Below are positions 37,178 to 48,737 of a DNA stretch of 64,000 bases, in pieces (within the stretch, counting starts at the first letter, position 1; every line of letters starts with the position of its first letter). Origin of the DNA: an uncultured Actinomycetota bacterium. GTDB lineage: Bacteria > Actinomycetota > Actinomycetes > JAHEKZ01. The DNA lies in NCBI GenBank assembly GCA_963829525.1, contig CAWHIJ010000003.1, positions 640,001-704,000 on the forward strand, in the 5' to 3' direction. The notes beneath the pieces were generated by a model. The model was not told the DNA's origin. It saw nothing but the letters and a program-made list of their open reading frames with translations, and did not search any database. The translations under genes were made by a program, and so were the position numbers.

Positions 37178-39553
37178 TGACCGTGACCACGACATCGACG
37201 ACAGGGGACGCGCTCGAGCCACGTCCAGACCTCGTGACCGTGACGATCGACGGTGTACAGACATCAGTGCCCAAGGGAACGCTGATCATCCGCGCAGCTG
37301 AGCTGCTCGGGGTTGCCGTGCCCCGCTTTTGCGATCACCCGCTGCTCGACCCGGTCGCCGCCTGCCGCATGTGCCTCATCGAGGTCGAGGGCATGCCCAA
37401 GCCTCAACCCGCCTGTGCGGTGACGTGTTCTGACGGCATGGTGGTCAAGACGCAGATGACGTCGCCGGTCGCCGATGAGGCGCAGCGCGGTGTCATGGAG
37501 TTTCTGCTCATCAACCACCCGCTCGACTGCCCGATCTGCGACAAAGGTGGCGAGTGCCCACTGCAGAACCAGGCCATGACGAACGGGCAGGGCGACACCC
37601 GGTTTGACGGCCCCAAGCGCACCTTCCCCAAGCCGATCAATCTTTCGGCCCAGGTACTGCTTGACCGTGAGCGATGTGTGTCCTGCGCCAGATGTACCAG
37701 GTTCACTGAGCAGATTGCCGGCGACCCGTTCATCGAGCTTCTCGAGCGCGGGTCGCAGCAGCAGGTGGGAATCGCTGCCGATGTCCCCTTCAACTCGTAC
37801 TACTCGGGCAACACCATTCAGATCTGTCCCGTGGGTGCCCTCACGAGTGCGATGTACCGGTTCCGGTCACGTCCCTTCGACCTCGTGTCGACCCCCACGG
37901 CTTGCGAGCACTGCGCGTCCGGCTGTGCGCTTCGCACTGACTCTCGCCGCAATGCCGTGATGCGCAGACTCGCCTCGGTTGACCCTGAGGTCAACGAAGA
38001 GTGGAACTGCGACAAAGGACGCTTCGCCTTCCGCTATCTGGAGTCTGACGTCCGACTGAGCACCCCGATGATCCGTGTGGATGGCCAGCTTCGACCGGCG
38101 TCTTGGGACGAGGCCCTCATGACGGCCGCTGCCGGCCTGAAAGCGGCAGACGGGAAGGCGGCGGTCATCACCGGTGGCCGGCTGATGGTCGAGGACGCCT
38201 ACGCCTACTCGGTCTTTGCCAGGCGAGTGCTTGGCACCAACGACGTCGACTTCCGTCCGCATGGCTCGTCGGTCGAGGAAGAGCAGTTCCTGGCCAGCCG
38301 GGTGGCTGGTGCCGGTCTTGGGCCTACCTACGCGGACCTCGAGAATGCTCCGGCTGTTCTGCTGGTCGCCTTCGAGCCAGAAGACGAGTCGCCGATTGTG
38401 CTGCTCAGACTTCGCAAGGCTGCCAGAGCAGGAACGCGGGTCCTGTCGGTCGCACCAGCAGCGAGCAACGGACTGGCGAAGACCAGCGGGACCTGGATTC
38501 CTGCTGCGCCGGGATCGGAGCCGGCGGTCATAGATGGCCTCGATGACGACTCCATCACCACTCTCAGCCAGCCCGGGGTGGTCATCCTCGTCGGCCAGCG
38601 CGCTGCCGGAACGGCTGGGCTCCTGTCAGCGGTGACGCGACTAGCCGACCGCACGGGCGCTGCCCTGGGATGGGTGCCCCGTCGCGCCGGCGACCGAGGC
38701 GCTGTCGAGGCAGGCCTGCTTCCGTCGCTGCTTCCTGGTGGGCGTCCCGTCAGCGATGCTGCTGCGCGTGTCGACACTGCTGCCATCTGGGGTGTTGCTG
38801 AGGTTCCCGAGGCAGCGGGCCGTGACATTCCGGCGATGCTGGCTGCCGTTGAAGGTGGTGAACTGTCGGCGCTGGTCGTCGGTGGGGCCCGCATCGATGA
38901 CCTGCCGGCAGACGCCGAGGCGGCACTTCGCGGGGCCGAGTTCCTGGTCGTTCTGGACACGCACGCCCATGCCCTCGTCGAGCTCGCCAACGTCGTCTTC
39001 CCGGTGGCAGCCGCCCCCGAAAAGGGCGGATCATTCATCAACTGGGAGGGCCGTCACCGTTCGTCCTCGAAGGCGCTGCGGACGAACCTGATGTCGGATG
39101 CGCGGGTACTCGCCGCACTTGCCGGTGAGCTCGGCGTCGACGACGTCGACGGGGATCCAGCCAGGCTGAGCACCCAGCTAGGGGAGTTCGCTGGATGGGA
39201 AGGCGCCCGCATCGGTTCTCCAGATGTCGCTGCGGCCCCTGGTGATGGCGCTCCCGGGCTTCTGCTGGCCACGTGGCGTCCCCTCCTCGAATCGACTGTT
39301 CTGCAAGAGGGGGAGCCCTACCTGGCAGCCACAGCCCGCCTTCGTGAGGTGTGGCTGTCACCCACCGAGAGCCACCGCGTTGGGCGCTACGGAGGGGCAG
39401 TTGATCACTGTCACCAGTGCCAGCGGTAGCGTCACTGCGCCACTCGTGGTCGCCGAGGCTGCCGAAGGCACCGTGATCGTCACGGGGGACGCTCACCGGG
39501 TCCTTGGCCAAAGCGGTGAGCGGGTGCACGTCGCCGTGGGAGGACAGGGATGA
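37177..39553 (+). CDS. nuoG: NADH-quinone oxidoreductase subunit G (one +1 frameshift near 39370)
   Basis: [31 protein letters not shown]; C-terminus continues in the +1 frame to a stop overlapping the nuoH ATG. Confidence 0.9.
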
Positions 39554-40861
39554 GACTCGAACTGAGCGTTACCGACGCGCTCGCCGAGACACCGTGGTGG
39601 CTATCGGTGGCCAAGGCGCTCTTCATCTTCGTCTTTCTCGTGTTGAGCACGCTGATCATGATCTGGGCTGAGCGACGCGTCGTTGCGCGCATGCAGCAGC
39701 GCGTCGGACCGAACCGCGTGGGCCCTTTCGGGCTCCTCCAGGGTTTGGCCGATGGCATCAAGCTGGCGCTGAAGGAAGACATCATTCCGACCGCCGCAGA
39801 CAAGGCGGTCTTCATCCTGGCGCCGATCATCTCGGCCACAACTTGTTTTCTTGCCTTTGCCGTCATCCCATTCGGCCCGGTGGTCAGCTTTCTCGATCGG
39901 CGACACCGAGTACACCACGGCCCTTCAGCTCACCGACTTCCCCGTCTCTGTGCTCTATGTCCTTGCTGTCACCTCGATCGGTGTCTATGGGCTGGTGCTG
40001 GCTGGATGGTCCAGTGGGTCCACCTACCCGCTGCTCGGCGGCCTTCGTTCGTCGGCACAGGTCATCTCGTACGAGATTGCCATGGGACTTTCGTTCGTCG
40101 CGGTCTTCCTCTACTCCGGCTCCATGTCGACCTCAGACATCGTGGCCTCCCAGGACCGGCTGTGGTTCGCGATCATCTTGCTCCCGTCGTTCCTCATCTA
40201 CCTCGTGTCGATGGTCGGCGAGACCAACCGGGCTCCCTTCGACCTGCCCGAGGCCGAGGGGGAGCTGGTCGGAGGCTTCCACACCGAGTACAGCTCGCTG
40301 AAGTTCGCCCTGTTCTTCCTCGCCGAGTACATCAACATGTTCACCGTCGCGGCGCTCGCAACGACCCTTTTTCTCGGTGGATGGCAAGCTCCTTGGCCGC
40401 TCGGCGGATCGATTTGGGAGGGAGCCAACAACGGCTGGTGGCCGGTTCTTTGGTTCGTCGCCAAACTATGGATCTTCATGTTTGTCTTCATCTGGTTGCG
40501 CGGGACGCTGCCTCGCATGCGTTACGACCAGTTCATGAAGCTGGGCTGGAAAGTACTGATCCCACTCTCGCTCCTTTGGATAGCGGTCGTCGCGACCGTC
40601 CGCGCCGTGTCCAACGAGGCGGCCATTGACCGTCAGGACATCTTGGTCTGGGGGGGCGTCACGCTGGCGATCCTGCTTGTTGTCAGCGTCGCCTGGGACT
40701 TCATCGCCGGACGCGCGCCGCAGGAAGCCGCAGAGGACCAGCAGCCATTCGACCCATTTGAAGGGGGCCACCCGGTTCCGCCACTGCCTGGCCAGCAGCC
40801 CGAGACGGTTTCGGTGGCAGCCACAAGTGTTGGGTCGGACAAGGAGGAGCTCGATGCCTAG
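39550..40861 (+). CDS. nuoH: NADH-quinone oxidoreductase subunit H (one +1 frameshift at 39889-39891)
   Basis: ERR...GPNRVG...ADGIKL in the first frame; [16 protein letters not shown] and PRMRYDQ in the next. Confidence 0.92.
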
Positions 40862-41402
40862 CTTCCTCGACCCGATCGCGGGTTTCGGCGTCACGTTCAC
40901 CACCATGTTCCGCAAGGTGACGACCGAGCAGTACCCCGAGGAGCGCAAGCCGATGATGCCGCGCTTCCACGGTCGGCATGTGCTCAACCGGTACTCCGAT
41001 GGCCTGGAACGGTGCATCGGCTGCGAGCTCTGTGCGTGGGCCTGTCCGGCTGACGCTATCTACGTCGAGGGTGCTGGAAACACCGACGAAGAGCGCTTCT
41101 CTCCTGGCGAGCGCTACGGCCGCGTCTACCAGATCAACTATCTTCGCTGCATCTTCTGCGGCATGTGCCTGGAGGCGTGCCCGACCAGAGCACTGACCAT
41201 GAGTCATGAGTACGAGCTGGCTGACAACAACCGCGCGGATCTGATCTTCGAGAAGCAAGACCTGCTTGCACCCCTGGGCACCGGGATGGTTCCACCGCCG
41301 CACCCCATGGCATCTGGCACCACTGAGCAGAACTACTACGCCGGTGAGTTCGACCAACCAGGTACCTCCGACGCCCCAGTTCCGAGCGGTGAGAAACCGT
41401 GA
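40854..41402 (+). CDS. nuoI: NADH-quinone oxidoreductase subunit I
   Basis: Two CxxCxxCxxxCP motifs; AAGGAGG RBS. Confidence 0.96.
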   Translation: MPSFLDPIAGFGVTFTTMFRKVTTEQYPEERKPMMPRFHGRHVLNRYSDGLERCIGCELCAWACPADAIYVEGAGNTDEERFSPGERYGRVYQINYLRCIFCGMCLEACPTRALTMSHEYELADNNRADLIFEKQDLLAPLGTGMVPPPHPMASGTTEQNYYAGEFDQPGTSDAPVPSGEKP

Positions 41403-42184
41403 TCGAGCTGCTCTCCACGGCGCCTCCGACGTCAACTGGTGAGGCCGTGGCCTTCTGGTTCCTGGCGCCGATTGCGGTGATCGCGGCCGTCATGATCCTG
41501 GTCAGCCGTAAAGCAGTCCACAGCGCCCTCTGGATGGCGACCACGATGATCGTCCTCGCCGTTCTGTTCGTCATGCAAGGTGGAATCTTCTTGGGTGTCG
41601 TCCAGGTAGTTGTCTACACCGGCGCGGTGATGATGCTCTTCCTCTTCGTGCTCATGCTCGTCGGCGTGGACGCCTCCGACTCGTTCGTGGAGACCCTTCG
41701 AGCTCAACGGGTGGCGGGAATCCTGCTGGCTCTGGGACTCGGGGGAATGCTGGTCGCCGGCATCAGTCGCGCAACCTTCCCGGCGGCGCCGGGCGTCGGG
41801 GCTGCCAACGATCAAGCCGGCGGTCACGTCCAGGCGATCGCGCAGGCAATCTTCACTCGGTACGTGTTCACCTTTGAGGTTGTCAGCGTCCTGCTCATCA
41901 CCGCAGCTGTCGGGGCAATGGCGCTCACCCACAGAGAGCTGCTCACCCCGCGCAAGCCGCAAGCGGAGCTGTCGGTCGAGCGAGTTCGCGGCGAGCACCC
42001 GACGCCGTACCCGAGCCCAGGGGTGTACGCGCAGCACAACGCTGTCGATACGCCGGCGCTGCTGCCAGACGGTTCTGCGTCGGAAGCCTCAGTCCCGGAC
42101 GAGCTGCGTCGGCAGGGAACAGTGCGGTACACCGAACTCGAGGCCGCCCGTGATCAGGAGTCGGACGGAGGGGCGCCGCGATGA
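41399..42184 (+). CDS. nuoJ: NADH-quinone oxidoreductase subunit J
   Basis: [26 protein letters not shown]. Confidence 0.94.
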   Translation: MIELLSTAPPTSTGEAVAFWFLAPIAVIAAVMILVSRKAVHSALWMATTMIVLAVLFVMQGGIFLGVVQVVVYTGAVMMLFLFVLMLVGVDASDSFVETLRAQRVAGILLALGLGGMLVAGISRATFPAAPGVGAANDQAGGHVQAIAQAIFTRYVFTFEVVSVLLITAAVGAMALTHRELLTPRKPQAELSVERVRGEHPTPYPSPGVYAQHNAVDTPALLPDGSASEASVPDELRRQGTVRYTELEAARDQESDGGAPR

Positions 42185-42480
42185 ACCCGGAGAACTACCT
42201 CTACCTCGCGACAATCCTGTTCGCCATCGGATCAGTGGGCGTGCTTGTGCGCAGGAATGCGATCGTGGTGTTCATGTGCGTCGAGCTGATGCTCAACGCG
42301 TCCAACCTCGCCTTCGTGTCGTTCGCCAGGCTGAACGGAAACATTGACGGCCAGGTAGTGGCATTCTTCGTGATGGTGGTCGCCGCGGCCGAAGTTGTGA
42401 TCGGCCTCGCTGTCATCGTCACCATCTTCCGTACGCGTCGGTCGGCATCTGTCGACGATCCCAACCTGCTGAAGCTCTGA
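42181..42480 (+). CDS. nuoK: NADH-quinone oxidoreductase subunit K
   Basis: RRNAI, VELMLN, VAAAE. Confidence 0.96.
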   Translation: MNPENYLYLATILFAIGSVGVLVRRNAIVVFMCVELMLNASNLAFVSFARLNGNIDGQVVAFFVMVVAAAEVVIGLAVIVTIFRTRRSASVDDPNLLKL

Positions 42481-42541
42481 TCACCATGACCTCACTGCGT
42501 GATCGGAATGGGCTCGTGCCCCAGACCCCGGGGAGTGCCCG

Positions 42542-44473
42542 ATGACCGCTGCAGCCGTTCGCTGGAGCGAGAGCGGTGGCCAGATGATCGCTGACGCCAC
42601 GGGTGTGTTCAGCCTGACCTGGCTATTGATCGCCCTGCCGTTGTTCGGGGCGGCGGTGTTGCTGCTCGGGGGGCGCCGGACCAACAGCTTCGGCCCGACG
42701 CTCGCGACGCTGTTGGTCGGTTCATCGTTCGTCCTCGGGCTTGTTCTCTTCGTGCAGATGCTCGGTCAGACCGCCGAGGAACGTGCCTTCGACCAGAGTC
42801 TCTTCACCTGGGCGCCGATTGGTGACTTCAGCGTCGATGTCGGGTTCCAGCTCGACCCCTTGTCGATGGCGTTCGTCCTGCTGATCACGTTCGTCGGTGG
42901 TCTGGTGCACGTCTACTCGATCGGGTACATGGCCGACGACCCCGACAAGCGGAGGTTCTTCGCCTACCTGAACCTGTTCGTCGCTTCGATGCTTCTGCTT
43001 GTTCTCGCGAGCAGCTACGTACTGGTGTACGTGGGCTGGGAGGGTGTCGGCCTGGCCTCTTACCTGCTGATTGGATTCTGGAACGCCAAGCCCGAGTACG
43101 CGACAGCGGCCAAGAAAGCCTTCGTCATGAACCGGGTTGGCGACATCGGGATGTCGCTGGCGATCATGGTGATGGTCACCACCTTCGGAACGACGGCGTT
43201 CTCCGGGGTCTTCGCTGGCGCGAGCGAGGCGAGCTCTGGCGTGCTACTCGGGCTCGGTCTCCTCCTCCTCCTTGCAGCAACGGGTAAGAGCGCACAGATG
43301 CCGCTGCAAGCCTGGCTTGGTGACGCGATGGCCGGCCCGACGCCGGTGTCGGCGTTGATCCACGCGGCCACCATGGTCACCGCCGGTGTCTATCTGATCG
43401 TGCGCTCGAACCCGATCTACGACCTGTCCGATGGAGCACGTTTGGCCGTCGTTCTGGTCGGCGTACTGACGCTGCTCTTCGGCGCCTTTGTTGGTACAGC
43501 CAAGGACGACATCAAGAAAGCCTTGGCGGCCTCGACAATGAGCCAGATCGGTTACATGGTGCTGGCTGCCGGCTTGGGACCGGCGGGATACGCGTTCGCG
43601 ATCCTCCACCTAATGACGCACGGGTTCTTCAAGGCGGGGCTCTTCCTCGGTGCCGGGTCAGTCATGCACGGCATGGACGACGACGTAAACATGCGGCGGT
43701 ACGGAGCCTTGCGTAAGGCGATGCCAATCACGTTCATCACCTTTGGTGCCGGGTACCTGGCCATCATCGGCATCCCTCCCTTTGCCGGCTTCTTCTCCAA
43801 GGACAAGATCATCGAGGCAGCACTTGCCGACAACATCTGGATCGGCCTGGCGGCGATCCTCGGCGCAGGAATCACTGCCTTCTACATGAGTCGCGTGATG
43901 TTCATGACCTTCTTCGGCAAGAAGCGTTGGTCCAAGGACGTACACCCGCATGAGTCGCCGGGCTCCATGACCATCCCCATGGTGCTGCTTGCCATCGGCT
44001 CGGTCGTGTTGGGTGCAGTTCTCGTCATCGGTGGCCGCTTCGTCAGCTGGCTCGAACCCGTCGTAGGCTCGGCGGAAGAGCACGAGTTCGCCATCCCACT
44101 TATTGCCATCACCGCGATCATCGTGGTCGTGTCCCTTGTAGGTGTGGCCCTCGCCTACGCGATGTACCTGCGACGTCCAGTTCCGGTCGAGGCGCCGACT
44201 GGCTCGGTCCTGACTCGTGCCGCCCGTCAGGACTTCTACCAGGATGCCTTCAACGAGTCGCTCTTCATGCGCCCTGGGCAGTACCTCACGCGGTTCCTGG
44301 TCTTCTTCGACAACCGGGTCGTTGATGGGTTCGTCAACGGTTCGGCAGCAATCATCGGTGGCGGGTCAGCCCGCCTTCGACGTTGGCAGACCGGGTTCGT
44401 GCGCTCCTACGCGCTGTCCATGCTGGCTGGGGCCGTTCTGGTCGTCGGCGTTCTTGTACTGGTGGGGCTCTGA
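42542..44473 (+). CDS. nuoL: NADH-quinone oxidoreductase subunit L
   Basis: [34 protein letters not shown]. Confidence 0.96.
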   Translation: MTAAAVRWSESGGQMIADATGVFSLTWLLIALPLFGAAVLLLGGRRTNSFGPTLATLLVGSSFVLGLVLFVQMLGQTAEERAFDQSLFTWAPIGDFSVDVGFQLDPLSMAFVLLITFVGGLVHVYSIGYMADDPDKRRFFAYLNLFVASMLLLVLASSYVLVYVGWEGVGLASYLLIGFWNAKPEYATAAKKAFVMNRVGDIGMSLAIMVMVTTFGTTAFSGVFAGASEASSGVLLGLGLLLLLAATGKSAQMPLQAWLGDAMAGPTPVSALIHAATMVTAGVYLIVRSNPIYDLSDGARLAVVLVGVLTLLFGAFVGTAKDDIKKALAASTMSQIGYMVLAAGLGPAGYAFAILHLMTHGFFKAGLFLGAGSVMHGMDDDVNMRRYGALRKAMPITFITFGAGYLAIIGIPPFAGFFSKDKIIEAALADNIWIGLAAILGAGITAFYMSRVMFMTFFGKKRWSKDVHPHESPGSMTIPMVLLAIGSVVLGAVLVIGGRFVSWLEPVVGSAEEHEFAIPLIAITAIIVVVSLVGVALAYAMYLRRPVPVEAPTGSVLTRAARQDFYQDAFNESLFMRPGQYLTRFLVFFDNRVVDGFVNGSAAIIGGGSARLRRWQTGFVRSYALSMLAGAVLVVGVLVLVGL

Positions 44474-44474
44474 C

Positions 44475-46046
44475 GTGAACGACTTTCCGGTACTGACCAC
44501 TCTCGGCCTCTTGCCGTTCGTCGCAGCCGTGCTTGTTGCTGCGCTGCCGCGGGGACGAGAACTGCTGGCCAAGCAGATCGCGCTGGCAGTGTCGCTCTTG
44601 ATGCTGGGCCTGACAGTGGCGATGGCCTTTTCGTTCGACCCGAATGCCGCCGAGCCGTTCCAGTTCGTCGAGAAGACAACCTGGATCGAGCGTTTTGGAA
44701 TCAGCTATGCAGTGGGCGTCGATGGCATAGCCCTGGTTCTGATTGCCATGGCTGTCTCGCTCGCACCGGTCGTCATCCTGGCTGGCTGGAACGACGCCGA
44801 CGACAATGATCGACACCGTCCGCAGACCTACTTTGCACTGTTGCTGGCATTGCTCGGTTGCATCGTGTACGTATTCGCTGCCACCGACCTCTTCCTGTTC
44901 TACGTCGCGTTCGAGGTCATGTTGGTTCCGGTCTACTTCTTGATCGGCATGTTCGGACGCGGTCAACGTACGTATGCGGCTGTCAAGTTCCTGCTGTATA
45001 GCCTGTTCGGCGGCCTGCTTCTACTGGCGGCGTTGATCGGGCTTTACGTCGTTTCAGCACAAGAGCTCGGGACGGGCACCTTCGACTGGACCCTGCTTGC
45101 GGGAATGCCGATCGACCCTGACACCCAGAAGATCCTCTTCGCCGGCTTCTTCTTTGCCTTTGCGATCAAGGCCCCCATGGTCCCGCTGCATACCTGGTTG
45201 CCGGACGCAGCAGCATCGGGAACGCCAGCGACCTCAACGCTTTTGGTCGGAGTTCTCGACAAGGTGGCGACGTTCGCGATGCTCCGCCTGGTCATTCCGA
45301 TCTTCCCGGATGCGTCCGAGTGGGCAGCCCCATTCGTGGTCGTCCTCGCCGTCATCAGCATTGTCTACGGGGCGTTGGTGGCCATCGGGCAGACCGACAT
45401 GTACCGGTTGATCGCGTACACCTCGGTGTCGCACTTCGGGTTCATCATCCTCGGCATCTTCGCCTTCACCGAGATCGGCGGTTCTGGTTCGGTGATCTAC
45501 ATGGTGGCGCACGGTCTGTCGACGGCTGCCTTGTTTATCGTTGCAGGCTATTTGGTCAAGCGCCGAGGATCGAGCCTGATCCCGTCGTTCGGCGGTGTCC
45601 AGCGAGTAGCGCCGATCCTGGCCGGTTTCTTCCTCTTCGCTGGGCTCTCCAGCCTCGCAATGCCCGGGCTGGCCAGTTTCGTCGGGGAGCTGACTGTGCT
45701 GATCGGGTCCTACCAGCGTTGGCCGGTTGCCGCCGGTATCGCCGTCATCGGGATCGTTCTCTCTTCTCTCTACGTGCTGATCATGTACCAGCGGGTGGCG
45801 ACCGGACCAGCAACTGAGAACGTCAAGGGGATGCGTGACGTTTTCCCGCGCGAACTGCTTGCCTTTGCCCCGATCATCGCCCTGACGGTCGCCGTTGGTG
45901 TGTTCCCCAAGCCGGTCTTCGATGCAGTGAACCCGGCGATCGCGCGCACCTACAGCTTCCTGAACGTCGAGCCGGTGCAACCAGACGTGCCCGTGGGTGA
46001 TGCGGGGCCCGAGAGCTCAGCGATCGAGGGGGAGGGGGACGAATGA
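44475..46046 (+). CDS. nuoM: NADH-quinone oxidoreductase subunit M
   Basis: FEVML, KAPMVPLHTWLPDA, AYTSVSH. Confidence 0.95.
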   Translation: MNDFPVLTTLGLLPFVAAVLVAALPRGRELLAKQIALAVSLLMLGLTVAMAFSFDPNAAEPFQFVEKTTWIERFGISYAVGVDGIALVLIAMAVSLAPVVILAGWNDADDNDRHRPQTYFALLLALLGCIVYVFAATDLFLFYVAFEVMLVPVYFLIGMFGRGQRTYAAVKFLLYSLFGGLLLLAALIGLYVVSAQELGTGTFDWTLLAGMPIDPDTQKILFAGFFFAFAIKAPMVPLHTWLPDAAASGTPATSTLLVGVLDKVATFAMLRLVIPIFPDASEWAAPFVVVLAVISIVYGALVAIGQTDMYRLIAYTSVSHFGFIILGIFAFTEIGGSGSVIYMVAHGLSTAALFIVAGYLVKRRGSSLIPSFGGVQRVAPILAGFFLFAGLSSLAMPGLASFVGELTVLIGSYQRWPVAAGIAVIGIVLSSLYVLIMYQRVATGPATENVKGMRDVFPRELLAFAPIIALTVAVGVFPKPVFDAVNPAIARTYSFLNVEPVQPDVPVGDAGPESSAIEGEGDE

Positions 46047-47599
46047 TGCCCCACCTCGTCGAGCCCTTCGACACCCCCTCGTTTGAGTACCAGCTACTTG
46101 CCCCGATGTTGATCGTCTTCGGGGGAGCCGTGATCGGCGTCTTGGTCGAGGCTTTCGCTCCGCGGAGCGCCCGTCGTAGCACGCAGCTGGTCTTGAGCCT
46201 GCTCACCCTCATTGCGGCCTTCGCCGCGCTGTTGGTGTGGACCAGACCAGAACTCGGCCAGATAGCGGCGTCGGGGAATGTCGCTATCGACGGCCCCGCC
46301 GTATTCTTCCAGGGCACCATCTTGATCCTGTCGTTCCTGGCCTTCCTGCTCTTCGCCGAGCGTGGAGTCGACTCGGCAGGTGATGCGTTCACACCGTCAG
46401 CCGCCACGATTCCGGGCAGCGCCTCCGAACGTGAGCTCACCACAGCAAGGGTGTCGCAGACCGAGATCTGGCCGCTGGCGCTCTTCTCGGTCGGTGGCAT
46501 GATGCTCTTCGTCGCCGCCGACGACCTGCTGACGTTCTTCGTCGCCCTTGAGGTCATGTCGCTGCCGCTCTATCTCCTCGTCGGGATGGCGCGTCGCCGG
46601 AGGCTGCTGAGCCAGGAGGCTGCGCTCAAGTACTTTCTGCTCGGGTCCTTCTCCTCAGCATTCCTGCTCTTCGGGTCGGCCTTCCTCTTCGGGTACTCCG
46701 GCTCGATCGCGTTCTCCGGCATCTACGACTCGTTGTCCACCGGCTTAGGGCTCGACCCGCTGCTCCTGATCGGTACGGGCCTTGTGTCAATCGGTCTCTT
46801 CTTCAAGGTCGGCGCCGTTCCGTTCCACTCCTGGGTTCCTGATGTCTACCAGGGTGCACCGACGCCAGTCACTGCATTCATGGCATCCGCCACCAAGGTG
46901 GCGGCCTTCGGAGCGATGCTTCGGTTGTACTACGTGGCTCTGGGTGACTACGACTGGAACTGGCGACCAATGTTCTGGGTCGTGACGATCCTCACGGTCG
47001 TTGTGGGTTCGGTCATGGCGATCACTCAGACCGACATCAAGCGCATGCTCGCCTATTCGTCGGTGGCTCAGGCCGGCTTCATCCTCATCGGTGTGACAGC
47101 GGCCTCGGACAAGGGCCTCTCGAGCTCGATGTTCTACCTCGCTGCCTACGGATTTGCGACGGTCGGCGCCTTCGCCCTCGTGACGTTGGTCCGGGACGGG
47201 ACCTCTGAGGCATCGCACCTGTCGCGATGGGCCGGACTTGGGCGAAGGGCCCCGATCCTGGCGGCGACTCTCTCGCTCTTCCTGCTTTCGTTCGCGGGGA
47301 TCCCGCTGACCAGTGGATTCATCGGGAAGTTCCTCGTCTTCGAAGCTGCAATCGATGGTGGCGCCACACCACTGGTGATCGTCGGCGCAGTCTTCAGCGC
47401 GGTGGCGGCGTTCTTCTACGTACGTGTGATCGTCCTCATGTACTTCTCGGACGCACCTGAGGATGCCCCGACAATTGCCGTCCCGAGCGCGCTCACGACG
47501 CTCTCCATCGCCGTTTGCGCTGCTGCGACGGTGGCCCTGGGTGTCTTCCCTGGCCCGGTCATCGATCTGGCTGAGCAGGCCGCCTCGTTCATCCGCTGA
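46043..47599 (+). CDS. nuoN: NADH-quinone oxidoreductase subunit N
   Basis: EAALKYF, FKVGAVPFHSWVPDVYQGAP, KRMLAYSS. Confidence 0.95.
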   Translation: MMPHLVEPFDTPSFEYQLLAPMLIVFGGAVIGVLVEAFAPRSARRSTQLVLSLLTLIAAFAALLVWTRPELGQIAASGNVAIDGPAVFFQGTILILSFLAFLLFAERGVDSAGDAFTPSAATIPGSASERELTTARVSQTEIWPLALFSVGGMMLFVAADDLLTFFVALEVMSLPLYLLVGMARRRRLLSQEAALKYFLLGSFSSAFLLFGSAFLFGYSGSIAFSGIYDSLSTGLGLDPLLLIGTGLVSIGLFFKVGAVPFHSWVPDVYQGAPTPVTAFMASATKVAAFGAMLRLYYVALGDYDWNWRPMFWVVTILTVVVGSVMAITQTDIKRMLAYSSVAQAGFILIGVTAASDKGLSSSMFYLAAYGFATVGAFALVTLVRDGTSEASHLSRWAGLGRRAPILAATLSLFLLSFAGIPLTSGFIGKFLVFEAAIDGGATPLVIVGAVFSAVAAFFYVRVIVLMYFSDAPEDAPTIAVPSALTTLSIAVCAAATVALGVFPGPVIDLAEQAASFIR

Positions 47600-47600
47600 C

Positions 47601-48590
47601 ATGAATGAACTCGACCTCGGACACATCGACGCAGAGCTCGCTGCATCGCTGAACGACTCGCTCGAACGGGTCGAGAAACTGCTCCGAGGAAGTTTGGAGT
47701 CCGACTATCCGTTCGTCACCGAGGCATCGCGTCACCTGGTGGATGCTGGCGGCAAGCGCTTCCGTCCACTGCTGGTTCTGCTCGCCTCGCACTTCGGCGA
47801 CCCCTTGGCCGATGGTGTGCTTCCGGCCGCGGTGGTTGTTGAACTCACCCACCTGGCCACTCTCTACCACGACGACGTGATGGATGAGGCTGAGCTGCGG
47901 AGGGGCGCTCCCTCTGCAAATGCGCGTTGGGACAACACGGTGGCCATTCTCACCGGTGACTTTCTCTTCTCGAGGGCGTCCGAGCTGCTCGCGGATCTGG
48001 GTCCAGAGGCAGTACGTATCCAGGCGCAAACCTTCGGTCGACTCGTCGTTGGTCAGATCAAGGAAACCCTCGGACCGGCGGAGGAAGATGACCCGGTGCA
48101 GCACTATCTTGCAGTGGTTGCTGACAAGACAGGCTCGCTGATCGCTACGTCTGGCCGCTTCGGCGCGTTGATGTCTGGCGCCACGCCGGAGGTGGTGGAG
48201 GTCATGACCACGTACGGGGAGCAGATCGGGGTCGCCTTCCAGCTCGCAGACGATGTGCTGGATGTCAGCAGTGACAGCCGTGAGTCGGGCAAGACGCCGG
48301 GCACAGATCTTCGTGAGGGTGTCCGCACATTGCCGGTGTTGCACGCACTTGGCTCAACCGACCCTGGTGATGCGGAGCTGCAGGGGCTTCTGCGCGGCGA
48401 CCTCGCCGATGATGCCCGGCATGCGCGAGCGTTGGAACTCTTGCGGACTAGCGATGCCATGGCCCGATCTCGAGCAGATCTGCAGCGTCATGCCGACGCG
48501 GCGCGCGCCGTGCTTCGGCCACTCCCCGATGGGGCCGCTCGGTCCTCCCTTGAGTCACTCTGCGACGCGGTGATCTCTCGCGTCGGTTGA
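47601..48590 (+). CDS. Polyprenyl diphosphate synthase
   Basis: GGKRFRP, HDDVMD, RRG, FQLADDVLD. Confidence 0.93.
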   Translation: MNELDLGHIDAELAASLNDSLERVEKLLRGSLESDYPFVTEASRHLVDAGGKRFRPLLVLLASHFGDPLADGVLPAAVVVELTHLATLYHDDVMDEAELRRGAPSANARWDNTVAILTGDFLFSRASELLADLGPEAVRIQAQTFGRLVVGQIKETLGPAEEDDPVQHYLAVVADKTGSLIATSGRFGALMSGATPEVVEVMTTYGEQIGVAFQLADDVLDVSSDSRESGKTPGTDLREGVRTLPVLHALGSTDPGDAELQGLLRGDLADDARHARALELLRTSDAMARSRADLQRHADAARAVLRPLPDGAARSSLESLCDAVISRVG

Positions 48591-48696
48591 AGCCCTTGCA
48601 CCGATGGCCCGGTGTTCGTCGTGCCAGGGAGGTCGACCCATCCGGCGGAAGCAATCGCATTTCCTGAATCACCACACAGGAGTCCCTTGCGCAGTT

Positions 48697-48714
48697 AACG
48701 TGTGATCACACATT
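48697..48714. promoter_or_regulatory. Palindromic operator candidate before the Asp-box gene
   Basis: AAcGTGTGATCACACaTT. Confidence 0.45.
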
Positions 48715-48737
48715 GGCCCCGCCGCAAGGAGTCGATC

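Noticed and set aside
42486-42545. 19-aa mini-ORF ([19 protein letters not shown]) whose stop overlaps the nuoL start
   Set aside because: No clear RBS or motif, and nuoL has its own GGGGAG RBS; probably chance.
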